A DNA stretch of 63,639 nucleotides, filler included, from Choristocarpus tenellus KU-1152 (Eukaryota > Protista > Phaeophyceae), in the NCBI GenBank assembly GCA_964200185.2. It is 13 parts of 13 records of this genome, joined end to end, with 100 filler letters (N's around TTAATTAATTAA, not from the genome) between each part and the next. Parts side by side here need not be neighbours in the genome. Positions count along the whole stretch, not along the records: positions 49,234 to 60,355 come from CAXNAD020002494.1; positions 60,456 to 63,639 come from CAXNAD020021706.1; 11 more parts are not named here. One strand, 5' to 3'. Shown in pieces: positions 52,051-63,639 of this stretch. Position 1 is the first letter of the stretch, and every line of letters starts with the position of its first letter. Below the pieces are notes generated by a model. The model was not told the origin of the DNA, did no database searches, and was given only the letters and a program-made list of their open reading frames with translations. Both the position numbers and the translations under genes were made by a program.

Positions 52051-53906
52051 ATGAAGAGCCCTGCTCCGACATGTAAGTCAAATCCTTCAATACTTGTATA
52101 ACCGCAATACGCTCGGGTATGCCAGGCAGTTCTTACTGTCTACTTTGTGGTATCATACCTGGGCAAGCGATCGCCTCTTTGAACCTATCGTGTGCTACTG
52201 TTTGCTTCTATATCTCCCGCCTGACAGCACCTTTTCATCGAACAGGTGCACCTTGCCGCATAATTACTCTTGGTGATGGCAACTTTTCATTCTCCGTTGC
52301 CCTGGCAAGGTTTCTTCTTCAGCAGAGGGATGCTAGCCCTCAGTCAGAGGAAGGTGGGGAAAGAGGCGAAGCGACCCTTTCCAACTCTCGGAGGGTGACC
52401 ATCGTTGCGACATCGTTCGATAGCCGCGAAGAATTGTTGAGAAAGTATCCTGAGTCTTATGGGATCACATGCAGACTGAAGGAAATGGGAGTGTTGGTAC
52501 TCCACGAGATAGATGCTACGGCGCTTGGAGATGGTGATAATATTGTCGATGGAGGGCTATTCCACCATATAATATTTAACCATCCGCATACTGGAACAGA
52601 AGATATGCGAAGACATATTTCCCTACTTGGCCACTTTTTTCATGCAGCACGGCGTACCAGCGTCCTCTGTGCTGGTGGTGTGGTGCACGTCACACTTGCG
52701 GGGGACCAGCCAGACCGCTGGCGTATCCGTGAGCAGGCCAACAGACACGGATTTGCTCTTCTTTCTCGACACCCATTTCCCAGCACACGCCTAGAAGGCT
52801 TTATGACGAAGCGTCACCAGACTGGTCACTCTTTCCAGCGTCGTGGACTAAGGAGTGAGACTCTGTCGTTTGGACGAATAGAGGAACATGGTGCAGGTCC
52901 ACGTGAGGGGCAGATGAAGGCAATGCCAAACGAGACCAAGGGGTATGTGGGATGGGGTAGACACCCCGAGACTCATTCTGCATGGGACATCATTTCCAAA
53001 TCGCCACCATGGTTGTGGGCTCACAGTGGAGTTCGGGGGGGAGATGAGGACTTGGCGAAAGTTTGTGGGGGGATCCAAAATATTGAACCGGCAGGGAAAA
53101 GGAAAAGGGTGAAGGGCAGAGGGAGCGGCAAGCATGCTAGAGGAAGTGGGCGAAACGGTCATGATAGCGAGAACAGTCTTAATGAAGTAGATGAGGTGTC
53201 CCAAACTTGCAAGCTGTGTGGTGTTTCCTACAAATCAAGTCAAGCACTTCGGACGCACACACGTCAGGTGCATGAGCTAGGTCAACATAATGTCAGTGGC
53301 CATGGCATAGCGAACCTACCATGCCCACGTTGTGATCGCCTGTTCTCTAGTGAAACTGCACTGACCCAGCATATGGCAGCCAAGCATGATGGTGCCTTCA
53401 CTGATATCAAGCCAGATTGGTTTACCACGAGCATTTACTTGGAACCTCAGGGGAAAAGCACAGTAGGAGTGCAATTGAACTGTGTGTCAGAGGGAAATCC
53501 AAGCAGTATTGGATCTGAATGCAGTGACAATGGAGTCTCTAGTGGTCTTGGGAAAGGAGGTGTAGATGTTGATTCGGCAAGGAACATAGGTGGGTCTGGC
53601 AGAGAAACAAGGGTTAAACCGCTTTTATTTTGTGACATCTGTGGCTATTACTTTGCCAGTGAGGCTGACCTGGGTAAGCACCTTGACAACCTTTGTCCAC
53701 CTCCAGGAGTGAGCATAGACTGTGGTACTGGCAGTAGGGTCATAAGTGTCCACAAATGTGCTGGTTGTGACCGTGAGTTTGGGGAGAGGAGGGCCATGCT
53801 TCAACATGCCAACTTCTGTTTAGCTGCATTACACTCTGTGGCATCTCCTGCTTCTATTGAATTGCCTCAGCCATATACAGATGATACCGAAAACCAAGTG
53901 CTTTAG
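52051..53906 (+). CDS. BMT5/DUF2431-like rRNA (uridine-N3) methyltransferase domain fused to four zinc-finger motifs (exons 52051-52072, 52246-53906)
   Basis: TLGDGNFSFSVALAR, VATSFDS, HEIDAT, IIFNHPH and LLGHFF, followed by CxxC...HxxxxH/C motifs. A short first exon MKSPAPT splices in phase. Confidence 0.88.
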
Positions 53907-54314
53907 CTGGGGTGATGAGCTCTTAAACATGAACACATAATTTAATGCTTAGTGTACAGGTTTTCAGTACAATAATATAACGAGGGGATGTACAGGCATT
54001 ATGCCATGGCAACATCTTGCAAGAGCAAAACTCACAAAATCTGTGGACCTCAAAACAAACCACCATTTTTTAGATACCAGGCACCACATAACTCAAACCC
54101 ACTGCCAGCGTTTCCTTCCAGATGTTACACGTCATGGTTATGAAGGAAGTGCTTAAATTCAATACTTTGAAAATGATGAGATCAGCGAAAACAAACTTGA
54201 GAAATAATGGTGACTACATAGGCTGGAACATGTTTTATGAAGGTCTTGACTGCCCAATACCACATAAACCTATAATCTAAACAATTTAAAGTTCTATGCT
54301 ATGATACTTGTTAA

Positions 54315-56046
54315 CTATTCTCCATCACTACTGTCCTCATCTTCATCGTCATGATCTACCCGAAGCTGCATCATTGCCACACGGTTGTTATTTACAACAA
54401 GGTCACTCATGTCATCTTCTGTATCATAGCCACTGTTGTAGCCCTCTCCTGACTCCCCCGCTGTCATGATTAACTGCTTTATGTCCTCCTCCCCTACCAT
54501 GCTACCAATAGAACCCGAACCCCTTCCATCCTCCAAGCCCTTGCCCTCTCCTGTGTCTGTACAAGCAGATGACCTGTACCCTGCTGCTCTACCACTAACC
54601 AACTGCTCCTTTTGGCATTGTGACAAGCAAACACCTCCTTTGTCAACTGTAGCAAACGCCTCTGGCCACAGTCCAACTTTCTTGAGGTGTTTCACCTGGT
54701 CTTTGTTTAAAATGTGCTCCACACGATGCCTTACCTTAATTTGTCCACAGTTAAACAAAAAAGGAAGAAATATCAGGTAAGCAAGGCGATGGTTGGAGGG
54801 GAGGGGGGAACGGTGATCTTGAGCTACTGGCAATAGATATCCATCTGTATCCATGGAAGAAATATTGGATGGGAAAATAGAAGGGGGATGGTACACACAA
54901 CGAAGAAAAATGAGGCTTCATAAGAATTTGAAGATAATGATAGATAACAGACAACCGAACACTACACAGAAGAGCTATTAAAAATAGGATCGTGAAGGGG
55001 TACAATACAATAATGCAGGGTAAAGCATAACAAAAAACACTTACCGTTGGGGGTATAATAAGACTTCCAATGTTCACGGTACTAGTAGGCAACGAAAATA
55101 TCAAACCTGCTTCAAAGATGCGATCAACTCAGGATGATATGTGACGCATGTTAAACCCGAACACCCTTCGTACTAACTCTTATTGTTCTCTACCTGTACC
55201 GTCTATACAACGAACGGTTGGGATGTTAGAAGTTGGAGTATCTGTCCTGTTGCTGAATGAGGCATAATATCGACAAACAGAGGTTAAAAACAAGAAAAAA
55301 AACAAACTGAATCGCTTGGGATCCCCACATCCAGCTATATTTTGTCCTCGGTAAAAGTAATGAGTTGGATGCGAGGTCATAATGCACACCTTCCCCGCCT
55401 CCCCAGCACTGTTCTCAAAGTCACCAGTGGATGTAGACGCGATGAGGAAGTCTCCACGCTTTACCCAGATGAGTTTTCGAAATCGAGTCGGAAGGATAGC
55501 CAGCGCCTGTTCACCACTTGCCAGCAATATCTGCAAGTGAGTGGGAAACAAAGGGAATGAGGTTCAATGCATTTCTAGTGGGGAGAAAAATGCCACCTTA
55601 ACCCGTAATTCATATGCACTACTACACAAGGACTGTCGGCGAGACCAGCTCTAGTGGGAGGCACGTACAAGCAGCTGTTGCCACAGATCTTCCGGGAAGG
55701 ATGCTGATTGCACCAATCCAACAGACAAGCTGCTAGAAGACAAGGCAAAAAACATAAGACCCTCTCTCATTGTAATACCATGAGGCATTGCAGCATGTCG
55801 ATGGAAAGGGTCTAGTTGATTTGAAACGAAGAACAAGTGCAAGCGAACCAATAGGATAGCAGTCAACAATTCTATCTTTGACAGTTGCATACTTTGTTCC
55901 GTGCAACTTCGAACCTCGATGATGTTGGACCCCCTCGGCGCTTGGACAAGAGCTATCTCCTCATCATCCCCAGGTTCCGGCAAACTGTTGAGGTAGTTGT
56001 CAGTGACCGACTTGCGGTAGAGAGTTCTTCTACCCAATCCCGCCAT
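54315..56046 (-). CDS. EIF1AD: Probable RNA-binding protein EIF1AD (exons 56046-55915, 55530-55390, 54734-54315)
   Basis: S1/eIF1A-like PRGSNIIE...LAILPTRFRKLIWVKRGDFLI...KVRHRVEHILNKDQVKHLKKVGLWP, with an acidic tail containing DLVVNNNR. Confidence 0.9.
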
Positions 56047-56535
56047 TTTCAGTTTCAGGTGTCAGATATGTCCCACCCCGTCCTCCCTTGTTTATCGTCC
56101 GTCGGTAGTCCACGACTGGATTGATACCAAATACCAAATTTCACCAAGGAGGACCCTAGAGTTAGACTTACCGGTTCTTCTCACAACCGATTGCGTACCT
56201 CACAGCTATCCACTTTCAGACCATGGGAGATTAGAATTGTGGCAAGCGACAGGGAATAAGGGAACCACAACGTGTTAGATGGATGGTTACTTGAAAGTGT
56301 TGAGATAATTTGTGGAAGTGAAGGAACAGTACTTGAACGCCTCCCAATGATTGAAAAATATTGTTAATTGAAGACCTACTTATGTTCAACAGGACTGAAA
56401 AGCACAAGGGTTTCAGGGTACCAGTACTTGTCTATATGCGCAATATACTCTGTAATCTGTTCTGAAAAGAATCTCGCTAAGTGTGCCCGTCCAGAATCTA
56501 CCAGAAAAACACGAGTCGACGATACAGACATCCTC

Positions 56536-57576
56536 ATGAACCCATGTTCAGCAAGAGGATTGGTTGGTGTGCTAACCTTGCTTATCACATCAAAAGTCAG
56601 GGGTTTCGTACATCCTCTTTCTCCTCGGCTTGGAAATGCCCTACTTAGAAATTCTTGCTCTTCTGCTCTCCATGTGGACCCTGTAAGAACCGAGAGGCGT
56701 AGGATCAGGGGGACATTAACTCGTTACATGACTGCCAACGAGGAAGAGGAGACCAAGGTGCCAGTTCTCAAGAGGACAAGAAAACGCCGAAAGCAAGAGC
56801 CGGTTTCGCAAGCAATTGATTATTCTGTACCGGATTCTTCCCTGGTGGATGTGGTAGAAGATGAAGACCGGGTTGGCACATCTTCGACAACTACGGATCC
56901 AATGTCCATCCCCGATTCTCCCCCCCCCGTCACAAAAGGAAGAAAGGTATAGTCCATGTATCTGATGTAGAGCAAATGAAATACTGCATATTGTGTCTTT
57001 CGTCCCTAAATTAATACTGTACTCATTCGATTTACCTCCCACATCCTAACGAGTCAACAGGTTGTGGTGGATGGCGGAGATGATGAAATTGGTGTTCAGT
57101 TCTCGGATGTTGCTGCTGCGGCGGCGGGCGTGGTGGGGACAGTTGCTTCTGCGGCTGGATCAGCAGCAAAGTCAGTGACATCAGCAGTCATGTCCCAAGA
57201 CGATGAGGACGATGAGGATGAAATCCGAAAGAAACCTAGCATGGTAGATATGTCAGAATTGGGGGCAGATATTGCGAAGTTCCGAACGAGGGAGTCGATT
57301 AGTCGGCAGTCAAGAGGAAAAGACGAGTCTCTCGCATCTGGGGCAAGCGCATTATTTTCAAACATTCTGAGTGTTGACTTTTTTGTTGTGGTTGCGTTCA
57401 TGGTCTGGTTCTTTGCTGGTGTTGTGTCCACATACGGCTTCAACAATACGTTCCTCTTAGATGAGTTCAACGAACTCTGGACGCCAGTTGTCCAGCCTGC
57501 ACTCGGCCTGCTCATGGCAGGAACAATTGCTGGGGGAGTGCTGTCCAAATTCAGTGGTTCAGATGATGAGGATTAA
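56536..57576 (+). CDS. Putative plastid-targeted membrane protein with two C-terminal TM helices (exons 56536-56946, 57061-57576)
   Basis: Signal peptide followed by G|F (ASAFAP-like) and an S/R-rich transit segment; hydrophobic DFFVVVAFMVWFFAGVV and VVQPALGLLMAGTIAGG; phase-0 intron. Confidence 0.75.
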
Positions 57577-58141
57577 GAACAGGGAACACCTCCATGTACG
57601 TGTTTAGCATTCCTCCATCAAAGTACTTGGAACTGCGTCATTTTTTTCTGGTAGAACTCTCTGGGTAAAAGTGCGTGTCACACCAAGACCATGAGATAGT
57701 TAACCAAAACTTCATGTGAGGCGATTTTTATACGAAGATTTGTTGTTCATGGAGTTTCAATGGAAACTAACGGCTCTTCCCTCAAAGCTGAAGTTTAGAT
57801 AGCTCCCTTTGAAATGAAAAAAAATGATTTGATACTCTACTCTTTACATTATAGCACGACAATGATGTCTGCGCATACAGCAGTGCACCCTATGATGCAA
57901 AGCGACATCAGGTCTGAAGGAACAGTGAGGAGTGCAGTGCATAATTGTTCTACTACAATTGCCAAAGATAACTTGGGCGTTATGGTCACCACATCAACAA
58001 TGGCACACTACTAGCTATAGCTACAAAATTCATAAACAAGATATGTCCATTGATTTGATGGTGGAATTGTGAGGGTTGCTCAGTCCTCTCTTTAAGCAAT
58101 CTGACAAAAGAAGCAATTAGCCTTCATCACTAACTCACTCT

Positions 58142-59892
58142 TTACTGCACACGAAGATAGGCAGACCATGACTTGGCAACCTTCAATAGGCTCAGGAACT
58201 GATACACAAAGATCTCGCCACTTGATGTTGCCACCACCCATGAATTGTTCCTCGCTGCAAGAGGGATGAGCTTTGGGTACCCCCTCATGGCACTAGAAAT
58301 TGAAGTCTCATCATAAGTTGCAACAGCCTCATTCAAGGAGAGCAGGTCCTCGCCTATTATTATCCCCTGTAAAAAGAAAAGGTGGCGCCCATGACATACT
58401 GCAAAGTTTGCCAAGAGTCTCTACAAGTAGACTGATTCCACTTATTGGGCGACCTCTTTGGGTGAAGGCATTTACTTACTGGGTCGTTCTTCTACATGAT
58501 AAGGGCAAGGTCTATAGAGTCAGGACATGAGTCACATCTTACACCTCGAAGTCTCATCTATCCCACCCTACCCTCTGCTACAATGTGTGATAAGTTCATA
58601 TTGGCCTCAACTTCTTGTCCTCACTTGCATAAAACCAACATAAGAGAAGTGCAGGGTGAGGAGGATGGACCTGGGGGTGTTGGCTGTAATTCTAAAGGAA
58701 CCAAAACTTGATTTTTCTTGAGAAAAACTTCAGCAGAACTCGGCAAAAACAGTACGCCTAACCCTTTCCTCTACCTAGCCATATGCATTTCTGTCCCTAC
58801 TCTTATTCATGCCCCATATCCTTTCCACCTCCCTGTTCATATTGTCATTCTTTGACCTTTCCCATCTTCCTTGTTAGAAATTGCAGCAAAGAGGCCATCT
58901 CATTGGCAGAGGGAATAGTCCATTTTCTTGCACAATATAATAAACCATACTATACAGAAGAAACTGAGTCATTGAAGCCACTCTAAATAAAGATATACCT
59001 TGCACAGACTATGTACCACACCAGGAGCAGTTGAGTAATTTGATGGCATTCAAGTTTTTGGCACAGACGCCTCCTGAAGACTATAATACTAAAAAACACC
59101 CTGTTCTCATTTTTCAACACTGGAACACTGTTATTTTGCACTTCGGGTTTGGAGTGATGAAATCAATTTCAACCAAAGAGAAAGATCTGAATCCCCTAAG
59201 ACAATTCTCTGCTTTTAAACACCACAAGAAATGAACAAACTAAACTAACAAAAGAAGCATCACAGTTGAACCGAAAAATATCTGGGATTGGGGGAAGTGG
59301 AAAGAACAAACACACATATCTCCTTTCACCCTTGCCATCACAACAGCATTCATCTGTGAAAATGGATCCACATCACAGTACAGGTTAATTCACACCAAAG
59401 CATATGTTCAGTGTGACTTTTTCCAGTCCTTCATGATGCACTTTGCATTGTAGAAACTTGGGGACTCAACACGGTAATATGAAATACTTCAGTTAAAAAC
59501 TATTGCAGAGTCTTAACTTGCTGGAAGACAGGGAGGGTATAGTGGGGGTTTAACCTGCAAACACTTGCACAATCACTTCATTGCTACTAATTAAAATAGG
59601 AAGATAAACAAGAACAAACTCCCAAGGATGCTAAAGATTTGACCAAGATTTTCGGTGAGCAAACTATGATTCCACATACATCTCACCTGTCGTGGATGTC
59701 CCCGACATGAGGATCGGTAGTGTCCATCATAAAGGGTGAACCAAGCCCGCACCTCAGGAGGAAACACGACTTCCATTCGAACCTCAGCTTTGTGGATCTC
59801 TTCCAGGCTGGCTCCAACGTTCAAAGAGCTTGCTGGCCCTATTGCAAACACCAACAGATGCTGGCAGACAAGGCCGATTGCACACCAACTAG
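58142..59892 (-). CDS. SMI1/KNR4 (SUKH)-like domain protein, partial (exons 59892-59687, 58366-58142)
   Basis: LNVGASLEEIHKAEVRMEVVFPPEVRAWFTLYDG plus GIIIGEDLLSLNE...LIPLA...GEIF...VAKSWSAYL, a SUKH-type pattern. Confidence 0.7.
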
Positions 59893-60455
59893 CTACAATT
59901 AAAAAAAATCTAGTGTTGGCATGCACAAACAGTGCACTTGAGTGACAGCGGACAGTAAAACAGCTGTTGCGATAACCTAAGTGATGATGACTCGAAACAA
60001 AAGAACGAACGGGATGTGTGGGAGGGGTCTTCATTGTCACAATCTGCTACTACGCTGGGACGCATGCTTATCCTAAAAAACCGATACGGGATGGATCCAA
60101 ATAATTTCTTTCTTCAGGAGATATTTCTATTGAGTAAGTAACCAATGTAATAAGCTGCACCACGAAAATATTCGAAAATACCAACAATGTCATTCCGCAT
60201 CGAACACCACTTAACGGCAAAACACTTAAAACCAAGCATTAGACGTGTTATTCTCTTAATGGGTCGATGATCTTGTTCAATAACTCAAGTTTTGACAAAA
60301 TCCCTTCTACCACCTAAAACGAGCTAAGCTAAAATTTAATAATTTATAGGTAAATNNNNNNNNNNNNNNNNNNNNNNNNNNNNNNNNNNNNNNNNNNNNT
60401 TAATTAATTAANNNNNNNNNNNNNNNNNNNNNNNNNNNNNNNNNNNNNNNNNNNN

Positions 60456-60581
60456 ATAGCATATACATTTGACCTACTCTTAATATTTTGAAGTAGGAAA
60501 ATGTCATAAAATCCCCAAGGGAATCCAATCCCTAAATGGACAAACAGGGCAAAACCCGTACCCTCTAAGATACTTTCACTC
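60456..60581 (+). mobile_element. MITE family A, 3' half at contig start
   Basis: Ends ggcaaaacccgtaccctctaagatactttcactc. Confidence 0.87.
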
Positions 60582-62081
60582 ATGAGGAGTATGATGAAAC
60601 CGCACTCGAGAGGGCTTGTCAGCTACTTTTTGTGGTGTACAATCAAGTACTTAGATACAAAGGGGGAAATGGCGTCAGTGTGGAGCACACAGGGGTAAGG
60701 AAGAGGAAGTTGTCTGGTAAGCTTGAAATCTCGCTGAAGGTAGACATGGAGGCTTCGTCTGTAACGTCTGATAAAATGGTGATGGATGGGGAATAATAAT
60801 AAAAAAAGAGATGGTCCTAACCAGAAATTAATCAAGGATTCCAAATCATCTTTCAGAAATGAATTTCATCAACATCCTCGAAAGTTATGGACAATGAGGC
60901 ACAGACTTACGGCACTGAGGTAGTATATAATTAATACTGGTATTATTAAGGTTATTGCAGAGTAGGGGGTATCATTTTTTTTCATTTTTACCACAACTGA
61001 TCCTTTTTCGGGATTGTTCTGACGTTGGAATGGTTTTTATTGGTTTTTCTCCTTACACATCTGGGAAAATATCAGAGGGCATAATAACAAGATAGCATGT
61101 GGAGTGTTTTAAGGTGGCTGGCATGTTCTGGATGAAGTTGTACTGCATGACGTGGCATCTCACAACAGAAAGGCATTGTATACTTGTTTAAATGATGTGC
61201 TGGTGGCCCTTCAGGGCGGCTTTCATACGCTTGGAAGGTTTGTATATAAAAAAAATTATGGTGTGAGCGACAAATTGTTTCGTACAACAAAAGTGTGGAC
61301 AGAAAATGTCTGCTGCTCGCGCTTCTGGAAGTACGTGCCTCGTCAGTATGATAATACCCCTATATATAATAGGTAAGTATGGAGGGTGACGTGGCATATT
61401 TAAAATTTTTAGAAAAAAAGGGGTTTAACTCCTCACGCTGGGCTCTGGGACGAAGGTAGGTTGGAGGTACGGGAAGGCAGTGTTACAGCATAATAGGCGG
61501 TAGTAAAGTAGTAAATAGATGAATGTCACATTTTAAGAAAACGATACTCGTTTAGGGATTTTTCTGAAATGTGAATAGTTTTCATTGGTTCTTCCCCTAA
61601 CACATCTGTTACATGTCAAACAGAATAATAATAAGATAAAAAAGATTAATGTTATTTGAGGATGGTCTTCTCTATTTTTCTTGGAGGAAATAAAAGGAAG
61701 TACATAAATATATACCACCGAGGATGTGTTGGACGTACAGTCATTGATCCCAAAAAATATCATAGCATTACTTCATTCCTTTCGAACAGCCTCTTCCTTG
61801 CATGGGTCGTGCTGGTTCGAACCCCAACTATACTATTTTGTTTTTAATTATTGGTTTCGAATATCCAAAGTGTTAGGGACTGTACAAACATATCTACACA
61901 TGATATTTTAGTTTTTCAAAAATCTGGGTGTTCATGGAAGAGGTCCTTGCCACGACAGTGCCTCTCAAACCGAAACTAAGGAAAAGAAGTCAGTCAGTCG
62001 GTGTGGGTGGGTGGATCTGGACCCTGGAGATGCCATATCTTTTATTGAGGAATTAATCAGTTGGAGATCGAGTTAGAGAGA

Positions 62082-62262
62082 GGATCAAAGTATCTGGGGG
62101 GAGGCGGCAGCTATCCATTCGGGATCCATTTTTCCATGTCACTTTTTTTGGGTGATTTGGTTGCATGCGTCGGATGGATCATGTAAGTGCACTTTTACTG
62201 GTCAGGGCCCAAATGGACACCCTGGTGTAGACCCCCTCCCCGCCCTCCTGATACTTTGAGCC
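62082..62262 (-). mobile_element. MITE family B, complete, 3-bp TSD AGA
   Basis: ggatcaaagtatctggggg...cctgatactttgagcc; aga on both flanks. Confidence 0.92.
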
Positions 62263-63639
62263 AGACAAAGAAGGGGGGGTCAGGGCAGGAGGTGGGGAAG
62301 TGAAAGAGGAGGAAGGAAAGTCAGGAGAGAGTATGCATTATTCCAGGTAAAACCTTGCCCAAGCTACTTCAGCTGGGGAAATGATGGGAAATGTAGGCAA
62401 CATGGTGGCAACGATTGCACTCAACAGGAGGACAAAACTTGTGCTCAAGGTCAAAGGGTTTTAATTTGCCCTCTGAAAATCTAGACAGTGTACGTCCTGT
62501 ATTGATGAGTGTGCGGTCAAGTTTGTGGCAGTGTAATGGAGTATACGGGTTAAAGTGGGACTACTGGACACTCAAGTTAGACTTGGCACTTCATCCATAA
62601 AAATATGGGTAAATTGCAAAAATAAGAAAAACTGGCTTAAATTACGAAAAGGCCAAAACCTGGGTACCTCTCGCTTGCTTCGACTCTCTGCTTGTTCTGT
62701 ACGTGTCAACACATTACGTGATCTCATTAACTTTATTTTTCAAATGCAACTGAGAGGAAAAATTGGAGACCACATGCATATGTCAACCAAAGCATGAGAC
62801 GTGAAGAACTTATTTATGCCTCCTAGAAGACTTGATATTTCACCAGCTCAAATTGTGTGCGGGGGGTTGACACCTCAACCAGCTTTGCCATGAATCTAAG
62901 GTTCATTTTGTCTGCTTTACCTTAACGGTTAGGATTTGAACATCACATATTTGATCTGAAATTTACAGGGGAAACAGATGAATATCGTAGACTACTATGA
63001 ACACTCTCTTTCACTTTCAATTATCTGTTTAAAGGTTACACTATTTAAATATAACTATAACAACTTAAAAATGGGAAAACATGGAGTACTCTGTGTTACT
63101 CTTTCATCAGGATCCAACAGAAAAAGGTCTCAACAACGAACTTATCAATGTGCATGTGACTATGTGGTCTATGAGAGAGAGTTCTCCTGATCCCTCGCAC
63201 CCTTTCCACACAGCACCAAGATGATGCACTTGAAATCAGTGGGTCAAAAGACATATCATCTTAGTAGGAGCTCTCTTCCTATAGATTCATTTACCACCTT
63301 GTGAGGCTGGTACCCGCTCAATGCAGTAGTAGGAGAAGGTAAGGAATCAGCGATTTGGCAATTCCTCTATGGCTAGGATCCATACTGCTGTCAGGCGACA
63401 CAATCTTCGTCTTTCAAAATTTAGCCAAACCCCACCCAATCACAGAGCTCATATGAGGACAATGCTGGAGGTCTTGAGACTTAGTTTGCTACTTTCTTGT
63501 CTAGACGTATTTCCTTGCCCATCAGTGCTTTGATCCCTTGTCCTCCCAATAACCTTCTCTTGCCCTACTTTATGTTCCGGATATCTTCTCCCACCACCCC
63601 CCACCCCTAGGTGAGGACGTGTGGCCCTTGAACTCAAGG

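Noticed and set aside
57096-57548. 150-aa minus-strand ORF
   Set aside because: Antisense shadow of the plus-strand exon 57061-57576.
60600-63639. Short ORFs in the last contig
   Set aside because: No recognisable domain or consistent splice chain.

Overview
Eukaryotic, intron-rich DNA. A photosynthetic stramenopile, most likely a brown alga, is inferred from GT-AG introns, TTAGGG repeats and a heterokont-type bipartite plastid presequence. The window is not one locus: 12 artificial 100-bp spacers (N44-TTAATTAATTAA-N44, stops in all six frames) join 13 contigs, so adjacency across spacers is not biological. Spliced genes: UvrD/PcrA-like helicase (partial), divergent kinesin (partial), DUF547 protein, E2-fold protein lacking the catalytic Cys, ExoIII/AP endonuclease (partial), BMT5/DUF2431-zinc-finger protein, EIF1AD, a plastid-targeted 2-TM protein and an SMI1/KNR4-like protein. 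The rest is largely transposon-derived. The most striking structure is a pair of MITE families (A ~256 bp, 10 copies; B ~180 bp, 11 copies) with unrelated bodies but the same bipartite ends (AAAGTATCT plus subterminal GTCCATTTGGG), a mix of 3- and 4-bp TSDs, and B-in-A nesting. Also present: three related copia LTRs inserted within ~350 bp of original target (two solo LTRs with 5-bp TSDs, one with PBS and gag), mariner and Tc1-like transposase relics, two long fold-back sequences and dispersed short telomeric arrays. All family assignments are from motif recognition; no database searches were run.
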